Assembly (NCBI GenBank): GCA_903859375.1
Contig: CAIOMK010000033.1
Span: 1 to 51,601, forward strand
Source: Candidatus Moraniibacteriota bacterium
Lineage (GTDB): Bacteria; Patescibacteriota; Minisyncoccia; Moranbacterales; UBA1568
Direction: 5' to 3'
DNA length: 51,601 nt
Shown: positions 18,197 to 26,749 of the stretch, piece by piece
Position numbering within the stretch: position 1 is the stretch's first letter
How the letters are laid out: every line of letters begins with the position of its first letter
Notes under the pieces: model-generated
Told to the model about the DNA's origin: nothing
Seen by the model: only the letters and a program-made list of their open reading frames with translations
Database searches by the model: none
Translations under genes and position numbers: made by a program

Positions 18197-18520
18197 ATGA
18201 TGGACAAGGAAATTTTCAATGAGGTTTCGCGGGGATTTCACGAGGCCGCGCTGCTTGAGTTCGCGGAGTCCGTCACGAATTTCATAGATCTCATCCGCAG
18301 GAAGCATTGTAATCCTGCCGACGATGTCGGTGGAAAATTGGCGGTACGTGAAGCGGACATCATACTGCGGTATAATTCGCTGGAAACGATGAGACAGGTT
18401 TCCGCCCGTCTCGCCCTGTATCGGATGGCGACACTGTGTCTCTTGGACAAGGAACTGTCGGCGGTCCTGGTCAAGGAAGCGTCGCGTCTGCTGGATGTGT
18501 TTGAAAAAAAATCCTCCTGA
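18197..18520 (+). CDS. Hypothetical protein, tandem paralogue B (107 aa)
   Basis: Strong SD (AGGAGG) 3 nt upstream of the ATG. Paralogous to 17821..18147. Confidence 0.6.
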   Translation: MMDKEIFNEVSRGFHEAALLEFAESVTNFIDLIRRKHCNPADDVGGKLAVREADIILRYNSLETMRQVSARLALYRMATLCLLDKELSAVLVKEASRLLDVFEKKSS

Positions 18521-18557
18521 AAACGGAGAACAAAGGGAATCCGAGCCACACACGAAT

Positions 18558-18605
18558 AAAAAAAGGCCTGACCATGCGCAATCGCACGTCAGGCTTTTCT
18601 TTTTG
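18558..18605. terminator. Bidirectional intrinsic terminator
   Basis: A7 run, gcctgac...gtcaggc stem, then T-rich run. It lies between convergent genes 18197..18520 (+) and 18627..18821 (-). Confidence 0.75.
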
Positions 18606-18626
18606 GCCGGGAGAATCCGTCGCGGG

Positions 18627-18821
18627 CTAGATCATGTAGGCGGAGGTGAGGGTCTGCATGACCCACGGCGCGATGAAGGCAATTCCGATAATCGGCAACA
18701 CGAACGCGATGAGGGTCGCGATCATCGTCCACAGAAAATATGTGCGCGTCTTCTCGACGGAGACGTAGATGGCGTCGATCTTCTTGTCCTGCTCCGCGAT
18801 TTTTTTGAGGAGTTCTTCCAT
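18627..18821 (-). CDS. Small membrane protein (64 aa)
   Basis: Amphipathic N-terminus (MEELLKKIAEQDKKIDAIY) followed by one long hydrophobic stretch (FLWTMIATLIAFVLPIIGIAFIAPWV). It sits 12 nt downstream of the HAD gene stop. Confidence 0.5.
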   Translation of the reverse strand: MEELLKKIAEQDKKIDAIYVSVEKTRTYFLWTMIATLIAFVLPIIGIAFIAPWVMQTLTSAYMI

Positions 18822-18833
18822 AGGTCCGTATGA

Positions 18834-19472
18834 TTATATAGCGAGAGTATACTCCCTTTTCGTATTTTCTTCACCGAGCTGTTCCCGTATGTCGTCCCAG
18901 GAGAAGACCCGTGTGACGGAATCGTAGGGGACTTCCTGTCGGTTCCAAGGTGAATCGAGGAGGAATACGCGGTCCATGATCGGGGCGAGATCGTGTATGT
19001 TGGAAAGCGCGTCGTCGATGAATATCCCGATGCCGAGCTCCTCACATATTGCGCGCTTGCCGGGTTTCATCGTGGGATCCAGATGGTAATTCCCGGTGAA
19101 GTGGATGCTCGTGAAGATTCCTGGAAAATGCCGGTCGATCCATTTCTGGGTCATATCACGGAGGCGTTTCGGCTTTGCGGTCACGATGGCGAACTCATAT
19201 CGCTCCATAAGTGCCTGTAATGCCTCGTGGGCGCCGGAAACGGGAAGGGCGGCCAGGTGTTCCGGCGAATCGTAGAATGCCTCGACCAGCTCGTATACCT
19301 CTTCCTTCGAACACTCCAGGATGTTCCAAAGGTCGTAGTCCTTGATATCGTCTCGGACGAGGTTCGTGCCATGGCGGGCATTGTGATAGGCACAGAGCGC
19401 AGGGCTCAGGTTGAGAAGGACGTCGTCGAGGTCTACACCCACTTTTTTCTTGGGTCCGGATGGATTTGTCAT
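18834..19472 (-). CDS. HAD-superfamily hydrolase, 5'(3')-deoxyribonucleotidase-like
   Basis: DxDxV nucleophile motif VGVDLDDVLL near the N-terminus, and a later IFIDDA motif (HAD motif IV-like). Confidence 0.7.
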   Translation of the reverse strand: MTNPSGPKKKVGVDLDDVLLNLSPALCAYHNARHGTNLVRDDIKDYDLWNILECSKEEVYELVEAFYDSPEHLAALPVSGAHEALQALMERYEFAIVTAKPKRLRDMTQKWIDRHFPGIFTSIHFTGNYHLDPTMKPGKRAICEELGIGIFIDDALSNIHDLAPIMDRVFLLDSPWNRQEVPYDSVTRVFSWDDIREQLGEENTKREYTLAI

Positions 19473-20119
19473 AGGGAGTCGTTAGCCTTGTTGATTTTAT
19501 TTGCCAGTTTTCTGAGAGAGATCTTGCTGAAAATTCCACGTATCCTGAAAAGCAACAGCGGGTTGTTCGCCAGTTTCGCCGCACCATAGAGCTCACATTT
19601 GATGCCGATATAGTCGAGCTTGTTGTAGACATCCTTGTGTCTCGGATCCTCCCGCTGGTTATGTATGTAATATCGTATGGCCTTGTTTTCCCAGACCGTC
19701 GCGATGTAATAGCCGAATTCCTCATAGACCAAGTCGATGTCTATGATCCTTTTCTGTTCGAACAGGCCCAGATCGTAGATGTCACCGAGCAGGAAATCGT
19801 CGACCTCGTAAATCGTGAAGAATTTCCGGGTGATCCCGAGCTCCGCTTTGGTCTTGTCGTCGATTTTCACGACCTCGAATATCTCGTTCTCCTCGTCGTA
19901 GCGCAAATAGTCCTTTTCGAAGAGAAAATAGATCTCCCGGGTTTCCTTGTTGAAGAAATCGTTTTTGAGACGATGGATAAAATCTGCACTCGAGATGTGA
20001 TTGGCTTTTCGGAACTGCAGGTACGCGACAAAAACAAGGACAAACGTCCAAATAGCGGATCGGCTGATGGAGCCGTTCGCACTTGCGTCCTCGAAAAAGA
20101 ATGAAAATAATTCGTTCAT
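19469..20119 (-). CDS. Hypothetical membrane-anchored protein (216 aa), AT-rich codon usage
   Basis: One N-terminal TM segment (AIWTFVLVFVAYLQF) and a K/E/F/I/Y/D-rich body. Its stop overlaps the start of the HAD gene by 4 nt (ATGA). Confidence 0.6.
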   Translation of the reverse strand: MNELFSFFFEDASANGSISRSAIWTFVLVFVAYLQFRKANHISSADFIHRLKNDFFNKETREIYFLFEKDYLRYDEENEIFEVVKIDDKTKAELGITRKFFTIYEVDDFLLGDIYDLGLFEQKRIIDIDLVYEEFGYYIATVWENKAIRYYIHNQREDPRHKDVYNKLDYIGIKCELYGAAKLANNPLLLFRIRGIFSKISLRKLANKINKANDSL

Positions 20120-20449
20120 AAGCGTGATGATAGGTCATTATAGCCTGATTCGGCCTCTATTTCAAGCAGTGATGTGATTTGATTTTCAGCAGGGGGGTGT
20201 GGTCGGCTCGACGGACGTTTGAAAATGTACAAATATCCTGATTCTGCTATTATGAAGGTGTATGGATGTCGGATGTGTCGGTGTCGGAATGTTCCGCTCG
20301 ATTTTTCACTGTGGATGGCCACATGCGCAAGCGGATATGAATGTTTCAAGAGTCATCATCATACATCGGCACGCAACCACGAGCGAACTGCTCTGGGTTG
20401 TTTTTGTCCGGAATCGAACCGTGTGAAAAAAACAAAAACAGTGCGGCAC

Positions 20450-22843
20450 ATGAGATCTTTCAAGGGAGTGGCAACGCTGGTGGGAAGGATATCGGGACTC
20501 GTCTTATTGTCGACAGCCCTCTTTTCCGTGGGTCCGGGTTCTTTTGTTGGGAGAATGACCGTGGCTGATGCTTCGGGTGATCTTCCCACTTCCACAAAAT
20601 CGATTACCAGATTCAGTTTTCCCGGAGTGAGTCTGTATACCGCCGTCGGAGACAGCACTATCTCGGCCATGGTCGCATACCGAACCGACGTGCGCGGTCT
20701 GGCTCCGACCATCGATCACGGAGGGGTTTCCATCAGCCCGGCATCGGGAGTGTCTCAGGATTTCTCAGTGCCCGGGAACGTCAAGTATACCGTTACGGCT
20801 GCCGATGGGACGACGCAGATCTATGCCGTCACCGTGACCGTCCAGACGGAATTGGATTCCGCAAAGCTGTCCGCATACGCGGCGCTGCGATCTGCACTCG
20901 CCGGCTATTCCTCGGGGAACTATTCTGAGGGAAATTGGGGTGCTTTGAATGGTTACAAGGTGGTCGGGGATGCGGCGATAGAGTTTTCATCCGATACGAA
21001 TGCGGTCGCACTTGTCCGGACGATCGCGATCGATGCGATGGCCGGAGTGCCGACGAACGCCGAGCTTGCCGCGATCGATGCGGCGACCGCTTCGGTGGCG
21101 AACGCCGAAAGCGCCAAGACACGGGAGAGCGTGAGCGTGTCTCAGACCCTCGTGTCCGCGTTGCCGAGTGGTTCCATCAAGACGGCTCTTCAGAGTCGGC
21201 TCGATGCCGTCCGATTGATAATCGATATCGCGGAGGCGACCGCTTCGGTAGTGATCGCCGAAGGCTCAGGGACATCCGAAAACGTGAGCGCGGCCCAGAC
21301 CCTCGTATCCGCATTGCCGAGCGGTTCCATCAAGACGGCTCTTCAGAGTCGGCTCGATGCCGTCCGATTGGCGATCGATATCGCAGCGGCGACGGCCTCG
21401 GTAACGACCGCCGAAAGTACCGACACGAGGGAGAACGTGAGCGTGGCCCAGGCCCTCGTATCCGCATTGCCGAACGGCTCCGCCAAGTCCGCCCTGCAGA
21501 ATCGGATCGACATCATTCGATTGACGATCGATATCGTGGCAGCGACCGCTTCGGTGGTGATCGCCGAAGGCTCTGGTACATTTGAAACCGTGAGTGCCGC
21601 TCAGACCCTCGTATCCGCATTGCCGAACGGCTCCGCCAAGTCGTCTTTGCAAAATCGGATAGACGCGGTCAAGGCGACCATCTCTGCAGATTCTGTTCTC
21701 GTCGTTTCAAACCTGATTTCATCGCTTCCTGCGGTCGGGGTGCTGGCGTTGTCCGATGTCACCCGGATTTCCCGAGCGAGAGTCTCATACGATGCCCTTA
21801 CGGATAGTCAGAAGGCGTCCATTTCGAATTATTCCGTCTTGCAGGCAGCCGAGGCTCAGTTTTCGATTCTGACGACGGTGACCGCCTCGGTGGTGACCGC
21901 TGAAGGCACCAAGGTCCAGGAGAACATACGTGCGGCTCAGGTCCTCGTGTCCGCATTGCCGAACGGCTCCACCAAGTCCGCCCTGCAGAATCGGATCGAC
22001 GCGATCTTGTCGGGCATCGATTTGTCGGCGTCTATCGCATCCTCGAAAGTGGCGGCTCATGATGCTCTTCGGGTCGCATTCCAGACACATCGCGAAGCGG
22101 ATTACACTTCGGCGGATTGGACGACATTGCGAGGGTTCAGGACGGATGGTGACAGTGCTATCAATGCCGCTTCCGATGTGGCTTCGTCAATCGCGGCGAA
22201 AACGACGGCGATCGATTCGATGGCCGCGATAAAAACGATTGCCCAGACAGATCCTGACCCGGTGAAAGATCTCAAGGCCGAGTATCGAACCGCGACGAAA
22301 ACCGTCAAACTTACCTGGAAGGTCAAGGGCGATACTGCCACGGAAGTCTACATTTACAAAGGTTTGACCAACCACTATTCCACAAAAAGCCGTGAACAGG
22401 TCGCCACGCAGGACATCAAGGACGAGAGCTATGGCGACTCGGACGTGAGTCCCGGCACGACGTATTATTATAAGGTGTCCTCCGTAAATATCGCGGGCAA
22501 TGCCGGCGATGCCGAAACGGTAAAAGTCGTCATCCCCATGAATGAAGCCGGACTGATGGGAAATGCTAAAGGAACGGATAAAAAGACTGCCATTGGATCG
22601 GGTGCGGTTCCGAATGTGGCGAATACCGCTGTAGCAGGGGTGACGACGAACGATCGGGATGCAGATGTGATTCCGCTGAGGGTGATAAAGAACAATGGCG
22701 TGGTGCTCGGAACGAGCGTGGAAAAAACAGTGCCACATGACAGTTTTTGGGGATCGATATGGATGTGGCTGATGCTTGCCACAGCGGTCTTTTGCGCGAC
22801 GTTCATCTGGCAATGGCGAAGGTTCGGGAATTTCGATAGATAG
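20450..22843 (+). CDS. Repeat-rich cell-surface protein (797 aa): signal peptide, Ig-like domain, 51-aa helical repeats, FN3 domain, C-terminal TM anchor
   Basis: The start is set at MRSFKGVATLVGRISGLVLLSTALFSV (signal-like). Repeats follow the pattern A.ALVSALP.GS.K.ALQ.R.D. The FN3-like region is VKLTWKVKG...TTYYYKVSSVNIAGN, and the C-terminal TM is IWMWLMLATAVFCATFIW. Confidence 0.8.
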   Translation: MRSFKGVATLVGRISGLVLLSTALFSVGPGSFVGRMTVADASGDLPTSTKSITRFSFPGVSLYTAVGDSTISAMVAYRTDVRGLAPTIDHGGVSISPASGVSQDFSVPGNVKYTVTAADGTTQIYAVTVTVQTELDSAKLSAYAALRSALAGYSSGNYSEGNWGALNGYKVVGDAAIEFSSDTNAVALVRTIAIDAMAGVPTNAELAAIDAATASVANAESAKTRESVSVSQTLVSALPSGSIKTALQSRLDAVRLIIDIAEATASVVIAEGSGTSENVSAAQTLVSALPSGSIKTALQSRLDAVRLAIDIAAATASVTTAESTDTRENVSVAQALVSALPNGSAKSALQNRIDIIRLTIDIVAATASVVIAEGSGTFETVSAAQTLVSALPNGSAKSSLQNRIDAVKATISADSVLVVSNLISSLPAVGVLALSDVTRISRARVSYDALTDSQKASISNYSVLQAAEAQFSILTTVTASVVTAEGTKVQENIRAAQVLVSALPNGSTKSALQNRIDAILSGIDLSASIASSKVAAHDALRVAFQTHREADYTSADWTTLRGFRTDGDSAINAASDVASSIAAKTTAIDSMAAIKTIAQTDPDPVKDLKAEYRTATKTVKLTWKVKGDTATEVYIYKGLTNHYSTKSREQVATQDIKDESYGDSDVSPGTTYYYKVSSVNIAGNAGDAETVKVVIPMNEAGLMGNAKGTDKKTAIGSGAVPNVANTAVAGVTTNDRDADVIPLRVIKNNGVVLGTSVEKTVPHDSFWGSIWMWLMLATAVFCATFIWQWRRFGNFDR
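21083..21694 (+). repeat. Four tandem 153-bp (51-codon) coding repeats inside the surface-protein gene
   Basis: Unit starts (gcgac...) at 21083, 21236, 21389 and 21542. Stretches of about 48 nt are identical between units. A diverged fifth unit lies at about 21880-22030. Confidence 0.9.
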
Positions 22844-22867
22844 ATATTTCGGGAGTATCCGAGAAAG

Positions 22868-22898
22868 CACCCGAACGTTCCTGTTCCGGGTGTTTTTG
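22868..22898 (+). terminator. Intrinsic terminator of the surface-protein gene
   Basis: cacccgaac...gttccgggtg stem with one bulge, followed by a T5 run. Confidence 0.7.
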
Positions 22899-22933
22899 GT
22901 ATTTCGAATATTGGGGTCAAGATGATTGCTGTC

Positions 22934-22977
22934 TGAAAAAATAAATGATTCCGAACGAATGTCCGGAATCATTTATT
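22934..22977 (-). terminator. Intrinsic terminator for the minus-strand transcript running through tRNA-Gln
   Basis: 14-bp perfect stem aataaatgattccg/cggaatcatttatt. On the minus strand it is followed by a T6 run (plus-strand A-run 22936-22941). Confidence 0.65.
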
Positions 22978-23023
22978 ATATGCTATCAAGACAAATACCT
23001 GTTGAGTATCGCTCGCTAGGAAC

Positions 23024-23130
23024 GGGGAGGGATTTCCGCGTCGCTTCGCTCCTTGTCCAGGGCAGAGCTGAATGCTTGGGGAGGGATTTTCGCGTCGCTC
23101 ACTCGCCGTCGCTCGTTCGCTCCTTGTCCA
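23024..23130 (-). repeat. Two direct repeats (36 nt and 53 nt) that each start with a copy of the tRNA-Gln 3'-end sequence
   Basis: ggggagggatttccgcgtcgcttcgctccttgtcca (23024-23059) and ggggagggattttcgcgtcgc...cgctccttgtcca (23078-23130). Compare the tRNA gene end ggggaggagggattcgaa (23260-23277), which has the same orientation. Confidence 0.7.
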
Positions 23131-23225
23131 CGGTGGCGCCACATGCTGCGCTCGCTCGCATTTGTCGGCGCACGCTGTGCTATCGTCCTGCTGAACGATA
23201 GCTTGCTTAGCTGCCACCGGTTCTC

Positions 23226-23272
23226 ATCCCTCCTCCCCAACTATCACTGCGTTCTAGTTGGGGAGGAGGGAT
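23226..23272. repeat. 18-bp perfect inverted repeat in which one arm is the 3' end of tRNA-Gln
   Basis: atccctcctccccaacta (23226-23243), an 11-nt loop, then tagttggggaggagggat (23255-23272). Confidence 0.9.
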
Positions 23273-23329
23273 TCGAACCCCCGTGTGACAGGACCAAAAC
23301 CTGTTGCCTTACCGCTTGGCGACTCCCCA
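23258..23329 (-). tRNA. tRNA-Gln (anticodon UUG), no encoded CCA
   Basis: Manual fold: acceptor TGGGGAG/CTCCCCA, U8, D arm GCC..GGC, anticodon stem ACAGG/CCTGT with loop TTTTGGT (anticodon TTG), T arm GGGGG-TTCGAAT-CCCTC, discriminator A. Confidence 0.9.
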
Positions 23330-23353
23330 ATTTTTCATTGCTCGTGTCGTATG

Positions 23354-23390
23354 CTTCCGACTTCCGACTTTTGACTTGTAACTTTCGACT
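23354..23390 (-). repeat. Heptad array between the dnaX stop and tRNA-Gln
   Basis: cttccga cttccga cttttga cttgtaa ctttcga on plus, which is AGTCGAA-type on the dnaX strand directly after the TAG. Confidence 0.85.
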
Positions 23391-23391
23391 G

Positions 23392-25008
23392 CTATACCAC
23401 CTCTCCTCCCATCATCGAAAGTGCCTGGGAGACGAGCGGATTTCCGGCTTGTTCCTCCTTCGTCTCGACTATGACCGATATCTTAGTCTTTGCCTCGAAT
23501 ATGGTATCAAAAGCCTGTGCAAGGGTCAATGCATTCACATGATCGGCGAGACGGTCCCTGTGGAAGGGGAATCGGACCGCTATGGTGATCTTGTTGCCGA
23601 CGACCGATTTCGGAGTGGCATTCGAGAGCGCGAGTGTGAGTGATGCGTTGACTCGGGTCGCTTCACGAAGGACCTCACGCCAGCGATCCTGCACATCGAC
23701 GAGTGAGAAAGTCTTGCCTTCGGGTACCACCACCTTGTCCGGGACGGAAACTGTTTCCGGTTCGGCATCGGCTTGGGTCGTCGACGGTTGAACGGGAGTC
23801 GGCGTTTCTACGACGATGTCCTCTTTTTCTTCTTCCTCGTCTTCTTCCACCTCTTTGATCGCCACTTCTTCTTCCTCTTCCTCCTCATGTTTGAGTTCGC
23901 GGACGGGTGCGGCAGGCCGGACGACATCGGCAAGTGATTTGACGACGGCGATTTCTATAGGCAGTTCCGTGATGGAGGAATTTTTCATGTCGATTTCGGC
24001 GACACGGAACAGCCCGATGATGCTGATGATCCTCGCGGTGGAGAGTGATGCGGCGATGGAAAGTATTTCCTCCCTGCGTTCGCGGGTGAGCGGTTCGAGA
24101 TCGGCTTCGGCAGTTTCGATACTTATCGAAACGAGGAGCAGGATGCGGAGATACCGGAGAAAAGAAGGCATGAACGCGGTGAAATTCTCGCCGTTGTCGG
24201 AGAGCTCCCGTACGTATGCGAGTGATCCTTTGAGATCTGCCGATGCGAGCAGCTGTGCGAAATGCGCGAGTTTGGCTTGACTGGTCATGCCGAGGACGAG
24301 CGCAGCATCTTCTTCGGTAATCGGACTTTCCTGGAGCGTGGCGACTTGTGAGAGGAGGGACTCCGCATCGCGCATCCCGCCTTCGGCGGCGAGTGCGATC
24401 AACCTGAGCGCGTCATCGTTGATTTGCAGTTTTTCCGTTTTGGCGATGCGACTCAATTTCATGACGATATCCTTCACCGGAAACCGGGTTAGGTCGAATC
24501 GCTGACATCGGGAGATGATCGTTTCGGGGACCTTGTGAAAGGCAGTGGTCGCAAGAATGAACACGGCATGCGCCGGAGGTTCTTCCAGTGTCTTGAGGAA
24601 GGCGTTCCAGGCGCCGGTCGTCAGCATGTGTGCCTCATCGATGATATAGATCTTGTATCGGCCGGAAGCGGGCGGTGTCGGGACGGTCTCGAGGATATCG
24701 CGCATCTTTTCGACCTGCGTGTGGGTTGCGGCGTCGAACTCGATAAGGTCGAGAGAACGACCCTCGGAGATGAGCGTGCAGTTCACACATTTCCCGCACG
24801 GCTCGGCCCCGTTGCGCTCGGTGCAGTTGGCCGCCTTCGCGAGGAGTCTTGCGAGTGTGGTCTTACCGGTTCCTCTCGGACCGGTGAACAAATAAGCATG
24901 GCCGATACGGTCTGCCTGGATGGAATTCTTGAGGGTGCGGACGATATGGTCCTGTCCGACAATTTCCGAAAAACTTGATGGTCGGTAGGTCCGGTAGAAA
25001 GCGGGCAT
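23392..25008 (-). CDS. dnaX: DNA polymerase III subunit gamma/tau
   Basis: YRTYRPSSFSEIVGQDH, Walker A GPRGTGKTT, zinc-module cysteines CTERNGAEPCGKCVNC, and Walker B IYIIDEAHML. The start is set at MPAFYRT (25008). Confidence 0.93.
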   Translation of the reverse strand: MPAFYRTYRPSSFSEIVGQDHIVRTLKNSIQADRIGHAYLFTGPRGTGKTTLARLLAKAANCTERNGAEPCGKCVNCTLISEGRSLDLIEFDAATHTQVEKMRDILETVPTPPASGRYKIYIIDEAHMLTTGAWNAFLKTLEEPPAHAVFILATTAFHKVPETIISRCQRFDLTRFPVKDIVMKLSRIAKTEKLQINDDALRLIALAAEGGMRDAESLLSQVATLQESPITEEDAALVLGMTSQAKLAHFAQLLASADLKGSLAYVRELSDNGENFTAFMPSFLRYLRILLLVSISIETAEADLEPLTRERREEILSIAASLSTARIISIIGLFRVAEIDMKNSSITELPIEIAVVKSLADVVRPAAPVRELKHEEEEEEEVAIKEVEEDEEEEKEDIVVETPTPVQPSTTQADAEPETVSVPDKVVVPEGKTFSLVDVQDRWREVLREATRVNASLTLALSNATPKSVVGNKITIAVRFPFHRDRLADHVNALTLAQAFDTIFEAKTKISVIVETKEEQAGNPLVSQALSMMGGEVV

Positions 25009-25043
25009 AGGTGGAAACGTAAGGTGAAAAACGAAAAAACAGG
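25009..25043 (-). repeat. T-rich heptad-like array abutting the dnaX start codon
   Basis: On the gene strand: ttttcgt ttttcac cttacgt ttccacc then ATG. No AGGAGG-type SD is present. Confidence 0.55.
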
Positions 25044-25121
25044 AACAATTCACAAAAGACAACCAAGGAAAAGCGTCTTCGTTTCCTGTTAACTGTTATC
25101 TGCTCTCTGTTGACTGATCTT

Positions 25122-25130
25122 ATTATACCA
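25122..25130 (-). promoter_or_regulatory. Extended -10 promoter (TGGTATAAT) for dnaX
   Basis: The reverse complement of 25122-25130 reads TGGTATAAT. It lies directly downstream of the GtrA-gene terminator. Confidence 0.55.
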
Positions 25131-25132
25131 AG

Positions 25133-25160
25133 CAAAAACGCTCCCGACCAGGGGAGCGTT
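25133..25160 (-). terminator. Intrinsic terminator of the GtrA-like gene
   Basis: aacgctccc...ggggagcgtt stem. A T-run follows on the minus strand (plus-strand A5 at 25134-25138). Confidence 0.65.
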
Positions 25161-25187
25161 TCGTTCCGGAAAAGCCTTTGTGAAGCC

Positions 25188-25865
25188 TTATTTCTTGAAG
25201 ACGAAGAGCTTGTATCCGATGAAGTTCCATATGAGGCCGGCGATACTCCCGAACACCGCGCAGAGGAGTCCCCACTGCGACGGGTTGATGCCGCCGATCG
25301 GCGCAACTTTGGAGAAGATGAAGGATGAGAAGAACAGATTTATAAGGAATCCTACGATGCTGACGATGATGAATTGGATAAATTGCTCGCCGCTTTTTTC
25401 CGTGGAATGTCCGGAGAACGTCCAATGTTTGTTCCAGAGGAAGCTGTTCACGTTCGCGACCAGAAAGGAGATCGCCTTGTATATCATGAAGAACGAAATC
25501 GTGACGATGCCGATGCTGGTGACGGCGGATTCCGGATTGATACCGTAATTGGACAGGAGCAGTTTCATGAGCACCGCGAGGATCCCGATATCGACGAGCA
25601 TGTTCAGTCCGCCGACGAGTGCGAACTTGGCGATCTGCCAGATGACCGGGACAAACCGGCTCAGCTTCGAGGCGATGAGGATGCCGGTTGGTGCGGCAAT
25701 CAGAAAAAAGACCGGTATGGCCAGCCAGATGCTTGCATACAGATCCGGACGCGCGGTCGAGACGATAGGAAGCGCGAGGAATCCGATAAGGATTCCTGCA
25801 GCGATACTCGCCTCGTAGTCGAACGTTGTTGCCGGTCCGGGAGTGGTTTCGTGTGTCTGTTCCAT
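25188..25865 (-). CDS. GtrA-family membrane protein
   Basis: AKFALVGGLNMLVDIGIL, FLWNKHWTF and LIWNFIGYKLFVFKK motifs across four TM segments. The start is set at MEQTHE (25865), downstream of the preceding gene's stop. Confidence 0.8.
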   Translation of the reverse strand: MEQTHETTPGPATTFDYEASIAAGILIGFLALPIVSTARPDLYASIWLAIPVFFLIAAPTGILIASKLSRFVPVIWQIAKFALVGGLNMLVDIGILAVLMKLLLSNYGINPESAVTSIGIVTISFFMIYKAISFLVANVNSFLWNKHWTFSGHSTEKSGEQFIQFIIVSIVGFLINLFFSSFIFSKVAPIGGINPSQWGLLCAVFGSIAGLIWNFIGYKLFVFKK

Positions 25866-25906
25866 GAATTTCGTACTACGTATAAGTCTGACGATCGTCG
25901 GACCGG

Positions 25907-26749
25907 TCAGTCCTTTTTCTCTTCGGTAGCCGTCTGCGCCGCGATTTCCTTCTCGAGGGCTTCCATGTCGCGAATCCATTCGTCAAGCACTCCGCTGTGG
26001 CCGGACTGAACTGGTTCTGCTGTGACAGGCTCCTCTGAAAGGGAAAAGGTCTCTTCCTCGGGCGTGACTACGGGAACATCCTCATATGACGATGCTTCCG
26101 GTTTGAATTCTTCTTTCCAATTTCCCATGCGTGCCTCTCCCGCGGAAACCGTCTGTCGTGCGATGGCGAGCGCTTCCTCTTCGACGAGCGCACCCTTCTG
26201 GAGGACGTGTTCTATCGCAGCGAAGGTCGCCTGCAAGTCTCGGGGGAGCAGTATGGCCACTTCGTCACCGGGTTCGAGTTTGAAATAGGTGACCGACGCG
26301 AACAGGATCCGGTATGCGCGGTTATCGGCGGCGATGATGAAGTTGCCATGGTCGTCTTGTGTGACGATACCGATGACGTGTCTGCGCTCGACCGGGCCGA
26401 TCTGCTTGTAGATGAATGAACCGTCGTGAGTGATGGTGAGTTTGAGCATGTCACCCTCGACGAGTTTCGACTTCGAGGCATAGTTCGCCGGGACGGGGTA
26501 TTGTCTCCCATCCGTTCCCTGCATGAACTGGCCGTCGAACGTACCCAAGACGACCGTTCCTTCGCTTTCGTCTTCGTTCTGCTTCTTCGGTCGGCCGGTC
26601 TTCTTCTTGCCTTCGAGCTGGAGCAACATCGCTTTGGCCCCCTGTATGGTGCGTTCGGCATTGAGAACCATCTCGCGGAGTGCCTGAATCTTGGCGGCGC
26701 TGTCTGCTGCCTGGCGTGCGGATTCGTCGGTGTGATCGGTCGTACTCAT
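25907..26749 (-). CDS. Hypothetical protein (280 aa) with an N-terminal coiled coil and a GRPKK basic patch
   Basis: Clean ATG ORF with coding-like composition, sitting 42 nt upstream of the GtrA gene in the same orientation. No family recognised. Confidence 0.65.
   Translation of the reverse strand: MSTTDHTDESARQAADSAAKIQALREMVLNAERTIQGAKAMLLQLEGKKKTGRPKKQNEDESEGTVVLGTFDGQFMQGTDGRQYPVPANYASKSKLVEGDMLKLTITHDGSFIYKQIGPVERRHVIGIVTQDDHGNFIIAADNRAYRILFASVTYFKLEPGDEVAILLPRDLQATFAAIEHVLQKGALVEEEALAIARQTVSAGEARMGNWKEEFKPEASSYEDVPVVTPEEETFSLSEEPVTAEPVQSGHSGVLDEWIRDMEALEKEIAAQTATEEKKD

Noticed and set aside
20219-20449. N-terminal extension of the surface protein (ORF-track start at 20219)
   Set aside because: The 77 upstream codons are Cys/His/Arg-rich, start at a non-ATG codon and lack a signal peptide. 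The Met at 20450 is followed by a typical signal sequence.
22980-23330. Integrated mobile element or prophage at tRNA-Gln
   Set aside because: No integrase, recombinase or phage-like genes lie on either side. The tRNA-end copies are only 130-230 bp away, so at most they are scars.
23053-23643. 196-aa plus-strand ORF spanning tRNA-Gln and the dnaX 3' end
   Set aside because: It runs through a tRNA gene, a repeat array and the antisense of dnaX, so it is not credible.
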